The notes: generated by a model from the sequence alone, not told the origin. DNA of 64,000 bases from a candidate division WOR-3 bacterium (GCA_039803205.1 JBDRYB010000003.1:32001-96000); one strand, 5' to 3'. Shown: positions 47,883 through 57,327, counted from the stretch's first letter. A program made the numbers and translations.

Positions 47883-48237
47883 CTTTGGGTGTTATAATCC
47901 TTGTCCCGTGATGAGTTCAGAGATCGCCCCTGTTTGAGTGTGCGCGATGCGCGCGCGGACACCGGATGAACCAATCGCACCCATGCTAACCAGTTCGCTA
48001 TCATTCAACTTCATGTCCCCAGAAGCCATGAGGACTTGGTGATATAGGCTTCCCGAAGAGAAGAAAAGCGTCGAGGAGTAAAGAGCCTCTGGATATGGCA
48101 AAGGGTTGGCCACCCTCGGCCAAAATCCCTCCCCCAAACCCTGGAATCCCCTCCGGGAGCCAGAATCCGATCAGCTTGCACGGAGGGAGGGCCGTCTGTA
48201 TTATAATATGGGCCTATCTGTAAAGGAGGCTTGAGAC

Positions 48238-49485
48238 ATGGGAAAGGACGAGAAGATGAGAACCCTCTTGAGGGGGTTGGGGATGGTGGTGGCCTTGGTT
48301 GTGGGGGCGGGGTGGATGGGAATGGGAGCAAGCTGCGGGCCTGTGGCGCGTGGGCCATACATGGGCGTAGAACATCCGCCAGGAATAGCAGGAGATTCAG
48401 CCAGGATATATATTGACAAAGTGTTGGCCGAGTACGATTCCGTGGTCTATGTGGCTATAGTAGCTTCAGACAGCAGTGGTTCGGCTGGTTTGAGAGTTCA
48501 ATGGGTTTGGTTTGATTGGGATGATCCCGCGGATCCGCCGGTTGATCCCAACGATAATCCTCCATGGCATTGGGGTAATGATAACTACGCACCACCAGGA
48601 GGAGACGCGAGTTTCGGAGATATAGAGACCACCCTTAGCCAAAATGGAATCGCCAGAATAACTTGGGATTTTAAGGACCTTTCTTACATTCACCCCTGCC
48701 TGGGCAATAATTACCTAATAGAGGCTGAAATTCAATATGACGAACCGCAAAAAGCTGAATTAGAAGTATTCTACTGGAAGCGCATACGAATGGAAGTGGA
48801 CAAGTTGAACCTGGACGGCCATGTTTATGATTTTACGAGTAAGAAGGTTTATCCTAAAGCGGGAGAATACTTTCGGGGCAATGATGACCCTAATTTTAAC
48901 ACCTACATTGAATTTGACTCAACAACAAAAGCTTCTGGTAAACCGAGATGGTATCTGATAGAGGATGATATTGTGACAGATGATGAACTCAGGAATCATG
49001 ATCCAATGCTGTATCCTCCTGCTGATCCAGTGGAAGATCCGAATGCGTGGAAGGTTCAAGCAGAAGAATTACAGGAGCTTTATCGCGACTACGATGGATG
49101 GGAGGTTGGCCCTAAGGATGAGTGTATAGCTTACGCATTCCTTTTTGATGAAGTTCCTGGTCGCCCCAGCGTGAAGGGCGCAACACTCTGCGGTTCCGGA
49201 GTACCCATTGATAACCGAATTTTATGTGTATACTTAAAGGTTATTCCAGGCGATAACGATCCTGTAGAGTTTTTAGAAGCTCTGGCGCTGACACATGAGC
49301 TAGGACACTTTCTCTATGATCTTGATGATGTCAGTGGATCTACAAAGTGCATAATGAATCCCGTTTTCTTCTATGCCTGGGATCTTTATTATGATTGCCA
49401 TTTCCACACTGATTATATTATTCAAATTCGGCACGGTAATTTTCAGATTTTTAAGAATAACGAAAAAAAGGAGGTCAGAAGATGA
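48238..49485 (+). CDS. Lipoprotein with C-terminal metzincin-like zinc metalloprotease motif
   Basis: Hydrophobic leader ending GASC; THELGH followed by KCIMNP (Met-turn-like); more AT-rich than flanks. Confidence 0.65.
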   Translation: MGKDEKMRTLLRGLGMVVALVVGAGWMGMGASCGPVARGPYMGVEHPPGIAGDSARIYIDKVLAEYDSVVYVAIVASDSSGSAGLRVQWVWFDWDDPADPPVDPNDNPPWHWGNDNYAPPGGDASFGDIETTLSQNGIARITWDFKDLSYIHPCLGNNYLIEAEIQYDEPQKAELEVFYWKRIRMEVDKLNLDGHVYDFTSKKVYPKAGEYFRGNDDPNFNTYIEFDSTTKASGKPRWYLIEDDIVTDDELRNHDPMLYPPADPVEDPNAWKVQAEELQELYRDYDGWEVGPKDECIAYAFLFDEVPGRPSVKGATLCGSGVPIDNRILCVYLKVIPGDNDPVEFLEALALTHELGHFLYDLDDVSGSTKCIMNPVFFYAWDLYYDCHFHTDYIIQIRHGNFQIFKNNEKKEVRR

Positions 49486-50438
49486 TCCTTTTGCTTCTCT
49501 CGCAGATAACCATGAGTTGTCAGGTGCTGAATCCCCGGGAATCCTATTACTCGGTTGGCTTATTGGGGGAGGATGAACCTCTTCTAGTCGCGATAACCTA
49601 TAAGAATACAGGGGATAGCACTATATACCTTGCAGCCTGGCCCTATGGTTTCGTGGGGGCAGTTTTGGGTTCTCCATGCATTATAGCCCAAGACGCAAAG
49701 GGCAACGAGATTCCGTGGACTAGTCCTGTAAGGGCGCTCTATGTCCCAACAGAACCATTACCCCATAAGACCATGGGGATTTATCTTCATCCCGGAGAAT
49801 CGTTGATCTCGGTAGACAATGTCTTAGAATTTTTGGATATCCGGAAAGCTCATCCCCCTATTACCCTTCTAGGGGTTAAATACTCTGGTATCTATGCAGG
49901 AAAACCTCTCTGTGAGATATGTTGGGATGGTTCAGCAGAAGCATATCTAACTAACCCTTTTGTGTTCTCTCTGGATACTGCGAAACCTTCTGAGGAAGAG
50001 TTTTACCGGACCAATGCATTGGCTTGGTCACGGCATATTAGCGATTCCATAACAGCTGCTACCGCGTTTTCCCCAGAAGAGAAGTTTAGATTAAGAATGG
50101 CAATCGGCTACCGTTCCTGCAAAAGGATTTTAGCCATAGAGGAAGCGGCTCCCTATGCTTACTATTTCCTTCTGTATCTTCTTGTTTCTAATTACTGGAC
50201 AATGAATCCTTCTGTTCTGGGCTATACTCCCTATGCCCTCCTTGATTCCCTCCGAGCCGAATTTCCGGATCATCCTTACCTTTCTGACGAATACTGGTGG
50301 TGGCTTCCAAGGATAATAGATTACAAAATTGAATATTCCGAAAGCTGCCTGAAGAACCCTAAGTATTCCAGGTACTCCGATATCTTCATCAGTGCGCACG
50401 AATGGCACAATCTTATGAAAAAGGAGGGAAGGGAATGA
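49482..50438 (+). CDS. Secreted hypothetical protein, translationally coupled to the metalloprotease gene
   Basis: ATGA overlap, GGAGG RBS, MILLLLSQ leader. Confidence 0.7.
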   Translation: MILLLLSQITMSCQVLNPRESYYSVGLLGEDEPLLVAITYKNTGDSTIYLAAWPYGFVGAVLGSPCIIAQDAKGNEIPWTSPVRALYVPTEPLPHKTMGIYLHPGESLISVDNVLEFLDIRKAHPPITLLGVKYSGIYAGKPLCEICWDGSAEAYLTNPFVFSLDTAKPSEEEFYRTNALAWSRHISDSITAATAFSPEEKFRLRMAIGYRSCKRILAIEEAAPYAYYFLLYLLVSNYWTMNPSVLGYTPYALLDSLRAEFPDHPYLSDEYWWWLPRIIDYKIEYSESCLKNPKYSRYSDIFISAHEWHNLMKKEGRE

Positions 50439-50991
50439 GCCTGGCGCTTTGTTTGCTACTAATCGTGGACTACTTCCGGCAGATCCCATTAGTTAACGAG
50501 CCAGAGCTTACCATCTGGCGGTTCAACAAGGCCGGGCCCACGAATACTTTGGCTCGGACAAGGACCTTTCTCAAGATAGGCCGCCAGAACCTCGGCACTT
50601 TTCGGCCCAGAACCTCCCTTCCGTGAACCTTGAAATCCCGGAATCGGCTCCGGGACTGGAAATCCCGATCCTTACCCGACCCACTTTCAACCCCTTCTAA
50701 GTCCTTGGCTGGCAAAGACTCAGGCCGAAGTGCCGATGGCCCAAGAACTTAGCTGAGCTAAAATGCGAAATTCTCTGATTACATCGGGAATATCTGGATT
50801 GATGGTTTTGGGGTTCCGGGGGCCAAAAATGCCGGTTTCCGGCCCAGCTAAGGGCCAAAACAGGGAAAAATATACTGATCAGATCAGGGTATCGTGGATG
50901 CAGTGAAGCTTAAGGGGCATTATAAGGACGAGAGCTTGACCGGCCATAAGTAATGGCTTATAATTTTCAGAACCTTAAAGGGAGGTTTGCG

Positions 50992-53706
50992 ATGAGGTAT
51001 ATCATAGGAGCCATGATAGGGGTTCCCCTGATGGCGGGAACCATAATGCCATCGCTGGAAAAGGTGATGAACGAGTCCGAGCCCGGGGAGCGGATAGCGA
51101 TCCTGGTTCACCTGAAGGATAAGCCTGTTTTCAGGATCAACAAGACGACCGCTGAGAAAGCCGCATATATAGATTACCTGAAGGACTTCTGCTCAAAGAG
51201 CCAGGCGCCGGTCATCTCCTTCGCGGAGGGAATAGGCGTCCAGAAGATCCAGAGCTACTGGGTTTTCAATGGTTTCTACGCGGAGGCAACCCCCGAGCAG
51301 ATACGCTCCCTTGCTGAAAGGCCAGAAATAGAATACATCATAGAGGATTTCGTGATAACCCTTCCCAAGGATGAGGTTATAACGCCAGCAGACGGGTCAA
51401 AGGCTGTGGCCTGGGGCGTTGACACAATCCAAGCGGACAGGGTTTGGACCGAGCTCGGGTTCACGGGCGCCGGGATCGTCGTTGCCAACATGGATACCGG
51501 TGTTGATGTGAGCCACCCTGCCTTTGGCGGGAGGTGGCGCTCGGATAATGGCTGGTATGATGCCGTGAACGGCCAACCTAGCCCCTACGATGACCACGGC
51601 CACGGAACCCATACCATGGGGACCATATGCGGAGGCGATGGTCCGGGCCCGTTCGCGCAGGACATAGGCGTTGCCCCCGGAGCGACATTCATAGCGGCGA
51701 AGGCCTTCAACTCTGGCGGCAGTGGCTCAACATCGGACATACACGAGTGCTTCCAGTGGTTTGCTGGCCTGGCCTCGTCCGGAAAGGAGCCGGATCTGGT
51801 CTCAAACTCTTGGGGTTCTACTTCAACCACAAGCCTTGAATACTGGAACGATGTCCAGACATGGCGCTCTCTGGGCATTCACCCCATATTCTCAATAGGA
51901 AACAACGGTTCATCTCCTGGAACTGCCGGCACACCCGGCAATTTCCCCCTTGTCATAGGGGTTGGTGCCACGGATAATTCCGATGTTATAGCCAGCTTCT
52001 CCTCCCGCGGCCCAGCGCCCAACCAGAACCCCTGGAATGACCCGGCTAACTGGCTCAGATCGGACTGGAACCTCATAAAGCCCGATATATCAGCGCCCGG
52101 AGTTAGCGTCTATTCAGCCCTTCCCGGCGGCGGATACGGAACCATGGACGGAACATCTATGGCCTGCCCGCATGTTGCCGGAACCGTTGCGCTCATGCTT
52201 GAGAAGAACTCCACGCTGGACATATATACGATATACGATATCCTCCTGAACACGGCTGTGTGGAAGGGCCACATGGGCACGAGGCCCAACAACAACTATG
52301 GCTGGGGAAGGGTTAACGCCTATGATGCCGTGAGCAATGTTCCCGGGACCAACATGCCCAATGTGGTAATCCAGTCCACTGCCCTGAGCGAGCCTTCCGG
52401 CAACGGGCTTTGGGACCCAAACGAGCAGGTATCTTTCGTGGTGACGCTGAGGAACACGGGCATAAGCGTTCAGAATGTGAATGCGACCCTGTCCGGCTCG
52501 GACAGCTATGTCAGCCTCCTTGACTCGGTAGCGAGCTATGGGGATATCGCGCAGGGCCAGAGCAAAGACAACGCCTCAGACCCTTATGATGCCTTTGCCA
52601 GCTCCTCAACACCATGCGGATACAACAAGAACTTCAACATGCACATAACCGGCACGAACCCAGCATACAGCGTTGATAGGAGCCTCAGCTTCACCATAGG
52701 GGTGGCCCCTGGCCAGCAGTTCAATTCCTTTGACGGCCCGTCCTCAGGCGATTATTACCTCTATGGAGCCGCTTTTGATGGCAACAACCTTTGGGTCGTC
52801 TATTTCCTCGGAACGAGCCTATACAAGCTGAATCCGGACAACGGCTCTCTGAGGGGAACCATAACCGCTCCGAACGATTCCATCACCGACATAGCTTGGG
52901 ACCCAACGAGGAAGTGCCTCTGGCTCCACGACTGTAGCAGGAAGTTGATTTACAGGATAGATACCCTCGGCAACCTCCAGGGCTCGTTCTCATCCCCGGC
53001 CACGACATACCCAACTGGCCTCACTTATGATCCGCTCCAAGACATAATCTATGTTGCTGACAGGGACAACTACATGATATACAAGGTAAACCCAAACACG
53101 GGCGCGACCATATCCTCCCACAATGTTAATTTCGGCGGCCAGTATGGCCCGAGGTGTCTGGCAGTGGAGCCTCGCGGCTCAGGAGGCTCTGGAACCCTCA
53201 TCTTCATGTATACCTTCTTCAATGCCGGTGGCACCCTGGATTCAACGGTTCTCTATGAGCTCAGCAAGACCGACTGCTCAAGAACCGGCAAGAGCTACAA
53301 CTTCGGCGCGGCTAACCTAAGGGGAATTGAGTATGATTCCAGGAAGGGGCTCTACTGGATAACATACATGCAGGATGACATCATAGCGGAGATAGGCGGG
53401 TTCTACTGCGAGTCTGGGACCGGAGTGGTCGGCCAGAAGCCCTTTATACCCCTTACAATAGAAGGGCCTTGGCCCTCTGTTTGCAGAGGGGATTACAGCC
53501 TGCTCCTTGCCCTTCCTTCGGATGCCCTCGTCAGGGTATCTGCCTACGATATAACCGGGAGGCTAGTTGAGAGGGTCTTCACTGGGAAGCTGGGTTCCGG
53601 CATCCACACCCTGAATGTGAGCACGAACCTCGGCTCAGGGGTCTATATCCTGAGGGCTGAGATAGGGAATGAGTCCTTCATCAGGAAGCTCATCATAGAG
53701 AAATAG
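50992..53706 (+). CDS. S8 subtilase (bacillopeptidase F-like) with propeptide, beta-propeller and T9SS-like C-terminal domain
   Basis: Catalytic triad motifs MDTG, HGTHTMG, GTSMACPH; start at ATG 50992 after GGAGG; ends GSGVYILR...IRKLIIEK. Confidence 0.92.
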   Translation: MRYIIGAMIGVPLMAGTIMPSLEKVMNESEPGERIAILVHLKDKPVFRINKTTAEKAAYIDYLKDFCSKSQAPVISFAEGIGVQKIQSYWVFNGFYAEATPEQIRSLAERPEIEYIIEDFVITLPKDEVITPADGSKAVAWGVDTIQADRVWTELGFTGAGIVVANMDTGVDVSHPAFGGRWRSDNGWYDAVNGQPSPYDDHGHGTHTMGTICGGDGPGPFAQDIGVAPGATFIAAKAFNSGGSGSTSDIHECFQWFAGLASSGKEPDLVSNSWGSTSTTSLEYWNDVQTWRSLGIHPIFSIGNNGSSPGTAGTPGNFPLVIGVGATDNSDVIASFSSRGPAPNQNPWNDPANWLRSDWNLIKPDISAPGVSVYSALPGGGYGTMDGTSMACPHVAGTVALMLEKNSTLDIYTIYDILLNTAVWKGHMGTRPNNNYGWGRVNAYDAVSNVPGTNMPNVVIQSTALSEPSGNGLWDPNEQVSFVVTLRNTGISVQNVNATLSGSDSYVSLLDSVASYGDIAQGQSKDNASDPYDAFASSSTPCGYNKNFNMHITGTNPAYSVDRSLSFTIGVAPGQQFNSFDGPSSGDYYLYGAAFDGNNLWVVYFLGTSLYKLNPDNGSLRGTITAPNDSITDIAWDPTRKCLWLHDCSRKLIYRIDTLGNLQGSFSSPATTYPTGLTYDPLQDIIYVADRDNYMIYKVNPNTGATISSHNVNFGGQYGPRCLAVEPRGSGGSGTLIFMYTFFNAGGTLDSTVLYELSKTDCSRTGKSYNFGAANLRGIEYDSRKGLYWITYMQDDIIAEIGGFYCESGTGVVGQKPFIPLTIEGPWPSVCRGDYSLLLALPSDALVRVSAYDITGRLVERVFTGKLGSGIHTLNVSTNLGSGVYILRAEIGNESFIRKLIIEK

Positions 53707-53728
53707 GAATATACTCTGAGAAAACAGG

Positions 53729-53755
53729 GCCCCTCCTTTTTGGAGGGGCTTTTTT
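53729..53755 (+). terminator. Intrinsic terminator
   Basis: GCCCCTCC-TTTTT-GGAGGGGC followed by six T, between convergent genes. Confidence 0.85.
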
Positions 53756-53760
53756 AATTC

Positions 53761-54660
53761 TCAGTCCGAGGTTCCGGCCATGAGCCTTAGCCTCTTTCTG
53801 GCCACTTCAATAACCCTATCTCTCCCCCTGCCCAAGTATTTCCTGGGATCAAACTCTCGGGGATTATCCCTGATGTAGCGCAGTATCCCAGCGAGGAAGG
53901 CCAGCCTCAGATCCGTATCAACATTAACCTTCATGACCCCGCGCGCTATCGCTTCGGCTATCTGATCATCCGGAACCCCCCTCGCGCCCTCAAGCTCAAT
54001 GCCCATCGCCATAAGCTCAGCTATAAGATCCTGGGGAACCCCGGACGCGCCGTGAAGGACAAGGGGTATTTTGACCTTATCCCTTATCGCCTCCAGCCTC
54101 TTGAGGTCCAAACTTGGTTCACCCTTGAACTTGTAAGCGCCGTGTGATGTGCCAACAGCAACGGCCAGGGCATCAACACCGGTCTCCTCAACGAACCTAT
54201 AGGCCTCATCTGGGTCCGTCAAAAGCGCCCTATCAGATGAGGCAGAATCCTCAATTCCTCTTAGAACCCCTATTTCCCCCTCACAGGTAGCGCCGCGCTC
54301 GTGGGCCAAGCGTGCGGCTTCGGCTGTAAGCCTTACATTCTCGTCAAATGGGAGATGCGAGCCATCAAACATCACGGAGGAAAATCCAGCGTCAAGAGCG
54401 ATTTTTATCGCGTCCAGGCTCTTTCCGTGGTCAAGGTGTAGGGCAACCCTTATCCCCTTTTCCTCTGAGACAGCCCTGACCATTGCCACCAGGGTCCTTG
54501 GCCCAACATAGGCCAGCGCTCCCTCGGTAGCGGCAACGATCGCGGGTCTCTTCTCCTCACGCGCGGCCTCGCAGACAGCCTGGATGAACTCCAGGTTGTT
54601 GACATTGAAGGCAGGACAAGGGCCCTCAGAGAACACATCATTCAGCGTTAGGAAACCCAT
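53761..54660 (-). CDS. fba: Class II fructose-1,6-bisphosphate aldolase
   Basis: PAFNVNN, LHLDHG, SSVMFDGS, GTSHGAYK, VLHGASG, KVNVDTD. Confidence 0.95.
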   Translation of the reverse strand: MGFLTLNDVFSEGPCPAFNVNNLEFIQAVCEAAREEKRPAIVAATEGALAYVGPRTLVAMVRAVSEEKGIRVALHLDHGKSLDAIKIALDAGFSSVMFDGSHLPFDENVRLTAEAARLAHERGATCEGEIGVLRGIEDSASSDRALLTDPDEAYRFVEETGVDALAVAVGTSHGAYKFKGEPSLDLKRLEAIRDKVKIPLVLHGASGVPQDLIAELMAMGIELEGARGVPDDQIAEAIARGVMKVNVDTDLRLAFLAGILRYIRDNPREFDPRKYLGRGRDRVIEVARKRLRLMAGTSD

Positions 54661-54739
54661 TTGAGAGAAATGATAACTCGCCCTAATGGGGTTGTTCAAC
54701 CCCCTTGTCCCCGAATAAGGGGGCGCACCAGGCCTTACC

Positions 54740-55024
54740 TCAATCGCCGCACTTCAATAATCCCAATAGCCACTCCAAAAGCCTGTCCGCTCCACGCTCA
54801 AGGTCCCTTATCTTTAAGGCTATTTCCGCTCGTTGTGCCATGAGCCTTGAATAGAGAGCGCCCGCGCGAGCATCGCCCTCAAGGGCCTGCTCCTCAATCC
54901 TCCCGAGGACAGCATCAATCCTACTCAGAGTATCCCTCAGAACCCCCACTGGGTCCAGAGGTTCTCCTTCACGAATTCCTCTAGAGCTCGGCATTTCTCT
55001 TCGCCGAAGTGTCTCTTGGCCCAA
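54740..55024 (-). CDS. Small helical protein, possible phage terminase small subunit
   Basis: ALEGDARAGALYSRLMAQRAEI resembles the A..GD..A......RA motif I recall from phage small-terminase-like proteins; start uncertain. Confidence 0.35.
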   Translation of the reverse strand: MGQETLRRREMPSSRGIREGEPLDPVGVLRDTLSRIDAVLGRIEEQALEGDARAGALYSRLMAQRAEIALKIRDLERGADRLLEWLLGLLKCGD

Positions 55025-55146
55025 GCCCAGCTCCGCCTCTCATAGACAATGGCCTCAGCCAGCTCGGTGAGATCCGGCCTCAGCGCTTCAAGCCTGTCCA
55101 GGAGAAGGTTTCCCTTTTCGGCGAGGATGAACCCTTCAGATAGCAT
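54937..55146 (-). CDS. Small protein resembling a degenerate sigma region 4
   Basis: LDRLEALRPDLTELAEAIVYERRSW resembles the L..LP...R......EG.S pattern; start overlaps the end of the upstream sigma-region-2 ORF. Confidence 0.35.
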   Translation of the reverse strand: MLSEGFILAEKGNLLLDRLEALRPDLTELAEAIVYERRSWAWAKRHFGEEKCRALEEFVKENLWTQWGF

Positions 55147-55483
55147 AGTCTTCCTCCAATTCGTCTAAGGACACGAAGATCATTCGCGTCGCCTTTTTCT
55201 TGAGCTTCCAAAGGTGCTTCTTCATCGCGGCAATGTAATATTGCCTGAATTCTCTGGCCTTGCCAGGGGCCCAAGACGACAAGACCTTGAAGAGGAGGAG
55301 CCTGAGCTCCTGGGCCACATCCTCCTGTTCCGTGCCGTCCATGAAGTTAGCTGAGGCTCTCAGGATGTAGCGTTCCAGAAAGGAATGCAGGCGGACAAAG
55401 GCTTCAGGGTCACCCATTTTGGCCTCTATGGCGGCTTTGTCTATTTCCTTGCCAGAGGGGTTCATGTTATTTAGTGAGCCCAT
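55136..55483 (-). CDS. Sigma-70 region 2-like protein (ECF/phage type), lacking region 4
   Basis: AKMGDPEAFVRL...EQEDVAQE...LFKVLSSW...FRQY...VSLDEL; GGAGG RBS. Confidence 0.65.
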   Translation of the reverse strand: MGSLNNMNPSGKEIDKAAIEAKMGDPEAFVRLHSFLERYILRASANFMDGTEQEDVAQELRLLLFKVLSSWAPGKAREFRQYYIAAMKKHLWKLKKKATRMIFVSLDELEEDYAI

Positions 55484-55559
55484 TTTTGTCCTCCGTCGTG
55501 AATAGTGTTGATTTGATCCGGGCTCAGCCCTTGCTTTATGCTTTTGAGGTTCACCATGA

Positions 55560-55599
55560 TCCGTTAAATATTATAACGGAAAACCGTGATGAAGATCAA
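55560..55599 (-). promoter_or_regulatory. Leftward sigma70 promoter overlapped by palindromic operator candidates
   Basis: Minus strand TTGATC-N18-TATAAT; inverted repeats TCCGTTA-N7-TAACGGA (55560-55580) and ACGG-AAAA-CCGT (55576-55587). Confidence 0.65.
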
Positions 55600-55612
55600 G
55601 TAGCTAACTAAT

Positions 55613-56248
55613 ATGCGTGATAAAGGGGAAACGATCGGCGCCCGTATAAAGAGGGCCAGGGAGCACCGGGGCATGTCTCAGCTCAGGCTTGCCAGACAAA
55701 TAGGGGTGCCTTTCCAGCGCATCTCCGAGTGGGAGAGGGGCCTGGTTTCCCCATCCGCTCGTTACCTTAAGGCAATAGCTGATTCGCTTTCCGTTTCATT
55801 GGATTGGCTTCTTTCAGGGATGGGCCCGATGGAGAGGCCTGAAAGAAGCGATGCAATATTCCCTGTGCATCAGGTTCCTGTTTACGGCACGGTCCCAGGG
55901 GGGCCTCCGTATGACCCAGGTGACCCCGGAGTCATGGAGGTAATAGGGGTTCCTGCGGAATACTCGGGAAGGGATGTTTTTGGCCTCGTTGTGAAGGGTG
56001 ATTCCATGTCTCCAACCCTCGTGGATGGGGACAGGGTGCTGGTCGCGAGGGATATTAGGCCCAGAGATGGGCTTATCGTTGTGGTAAAAATGAACCAAGG
56101 CGAATATACCGTCAAGCGCATGAGGAGGCAAGGGGATCTCCTCATACTCATGCCTGATAATCCCAACTTTCAGCCCATTGTTCTTGCCCCTGATGATGAG
56201 GGAGAGATAGTTGGCGTCGTGGTTGAGGTGATAAGGAGGCTATTGTGA
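55613..56248 (+). CDS. CI/LexA-like repressor (XRE HTH plus S24 peptidase)
   Basis: IGARIKRAR..GMSQ..LA..IGV....ISEWERG, VPVYGTVPGG, VKGDSM, TVKR, LMPDNP. Confidence 0.9.
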   Translation: MRDKGETIGARIKRAREHRGMSQLRLARQIGVPFQRISEWERGLVSPSARYLKAIADSLSVSLDWLLSGMGPMERPERSDAIFPVHQVPVYGTVPGGPPYDPGDPGVMEVIGVPAEYSGRDVFGLVVKGDSMSPTLVDGDRVLVARDIRPRDGLIVVVKMNQGEYTVKRMRRQGDLLILMPDNPNFQPIVLAPDDEGEIVGVVVEVIRRLL

Positions 56249-57327
56249 TAAGGGCTGAGATGACAAGATGGCCAGAGGGAAGGACTCCGGCCTTCCTCAT
56301 GATTGACGATGTTGGCGATCTCGTTGTGGGGGATACTCAGGAAGGAGATTGGGGAGGCCTTGGAATAGGCCCAAACTCCACATGGGAGTTCTTCACGGAA
56401 ACATACAGGCGTGCTGTCCCGAGGCTCAGGGCCGTGTTTTTTGTTTCTCCTGGCCAGTTCCTAAACGCGCGCCTCGTGCCGGGCATCAAGATTCAGAGGC
56501 AAGGCAAGATTGTTGAATTGTTGGAGGTAATTGCCAGAGCACGTTGGGCCGAGATAGGTTTTCACGGTATGGATCACACTAGGCTGGATGGGAGGCCGGA
56601 ATGCTCAGGGCTTGAAGACCCAAAAATGTGGCTCGCGAGGGGAAAGTCTGCCCTTGAGGAGCTGACTGGGGCCAAGGTTCTCGGTGGGAAGTGCCCTGGT
56701 TATGAGGGATACGAGCTCGTGGAGAAATACCTCACAGAAGCAGGGTTTCGGTGGTGGGCTGATGCCTGGACACCAGTAAGGGGAGGAAGGGGCTGTTTTC
56801 ACGGGGGAAGAGGCGTTATCACGAACCAGAGGGGGGTGAGATTATTCCCAAGCAACATCGGCGCATACACGGGGCTTTATCGGAGGGGCCGCTCCGTTAT
56901 TGAGAGGCTCTTCATGAAAAGGAGGATGGCCAGACTGTTCGCTAGGGCAAGGTTCCTCGTTGAAAAGGGGATTCCCGTTACCATCCAAACGCACTACGCG
57001 GCGTTGCGCCCCGATGGGGCCAGGCAGGTCTACAACCTATACGATGACAGGCCCTTGCTCCTTCCTCTTCTTACGGGGCTTGACGATCTGGTTTGGTGGG
57101 CTTTGCCAAGAGAGATATGCGATTACCTTGATACCGTTGAATCCATGAGCTTCCTCGTTGATGGCTTTAAGCTGATAATCAACTCTGAGCGGCCGCGCTG
57201 GGATGTCTCGTTTAGGATTCACCCTTGCCCCTCGTATCTCATGGCGCCTGAGGGCTACAGGGTCTATCCGAAAAAAGGGCTCTTCACCTTCCTCCCTAAG
57301 CCTGGGGCATACGAGGCGGTTTTCTAG
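56245..57327 (+). CDS. Polysaccharide deacetylase-like (NodB/CE4 fold) protein
   Basis: LMIDD, EIGFHGMDH metal motif; GTGA overlap with the repressor stop. Confidence 0.65.
   Translation: MIRAEMTRWPEGRTPAFLMIDDVGDLVVGDTQEGDWGGLGIGPNSTWEFFTETYRRAVPRLRAVFFVSPGQFLNARLVPGIKIQRQGKIVELLEVIARARWAEIGFHGMDHTRLDGRPECSGLEDPKMWLARGKSALEELTGAKVLGGKCPGYEGYELVEKYLTEAGFRWWADAWTPVRGGRGCFHGGRGVITNQRGVRLFPSNIGAYTGLYRRGRSVIERLFMKRRMARLFARARFLVEKGIPVTIQTHYAALRPDGARQVYNLYDDRPLLLPLLTGLDDLVWWALPREICDYLDTVESMSFLVDGFKLIINSERPRWDVSFRIHPCPSYLMAPEGYRVYPKKGLFTFLPKPGAYEAVF

Noticed and set aside
47835..47910. Intact tRNA gene
   Set aside because: The 5' acceptor strand and D-arm are missing and the anticodon stem has a mismatch.
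50626..50950. Structured ncRNA in the long intergenic region before the subtilase
   Set aside because: Only short imperfect repeats (GAAATCCCG twice) were seen; no recognisable RNA family features.
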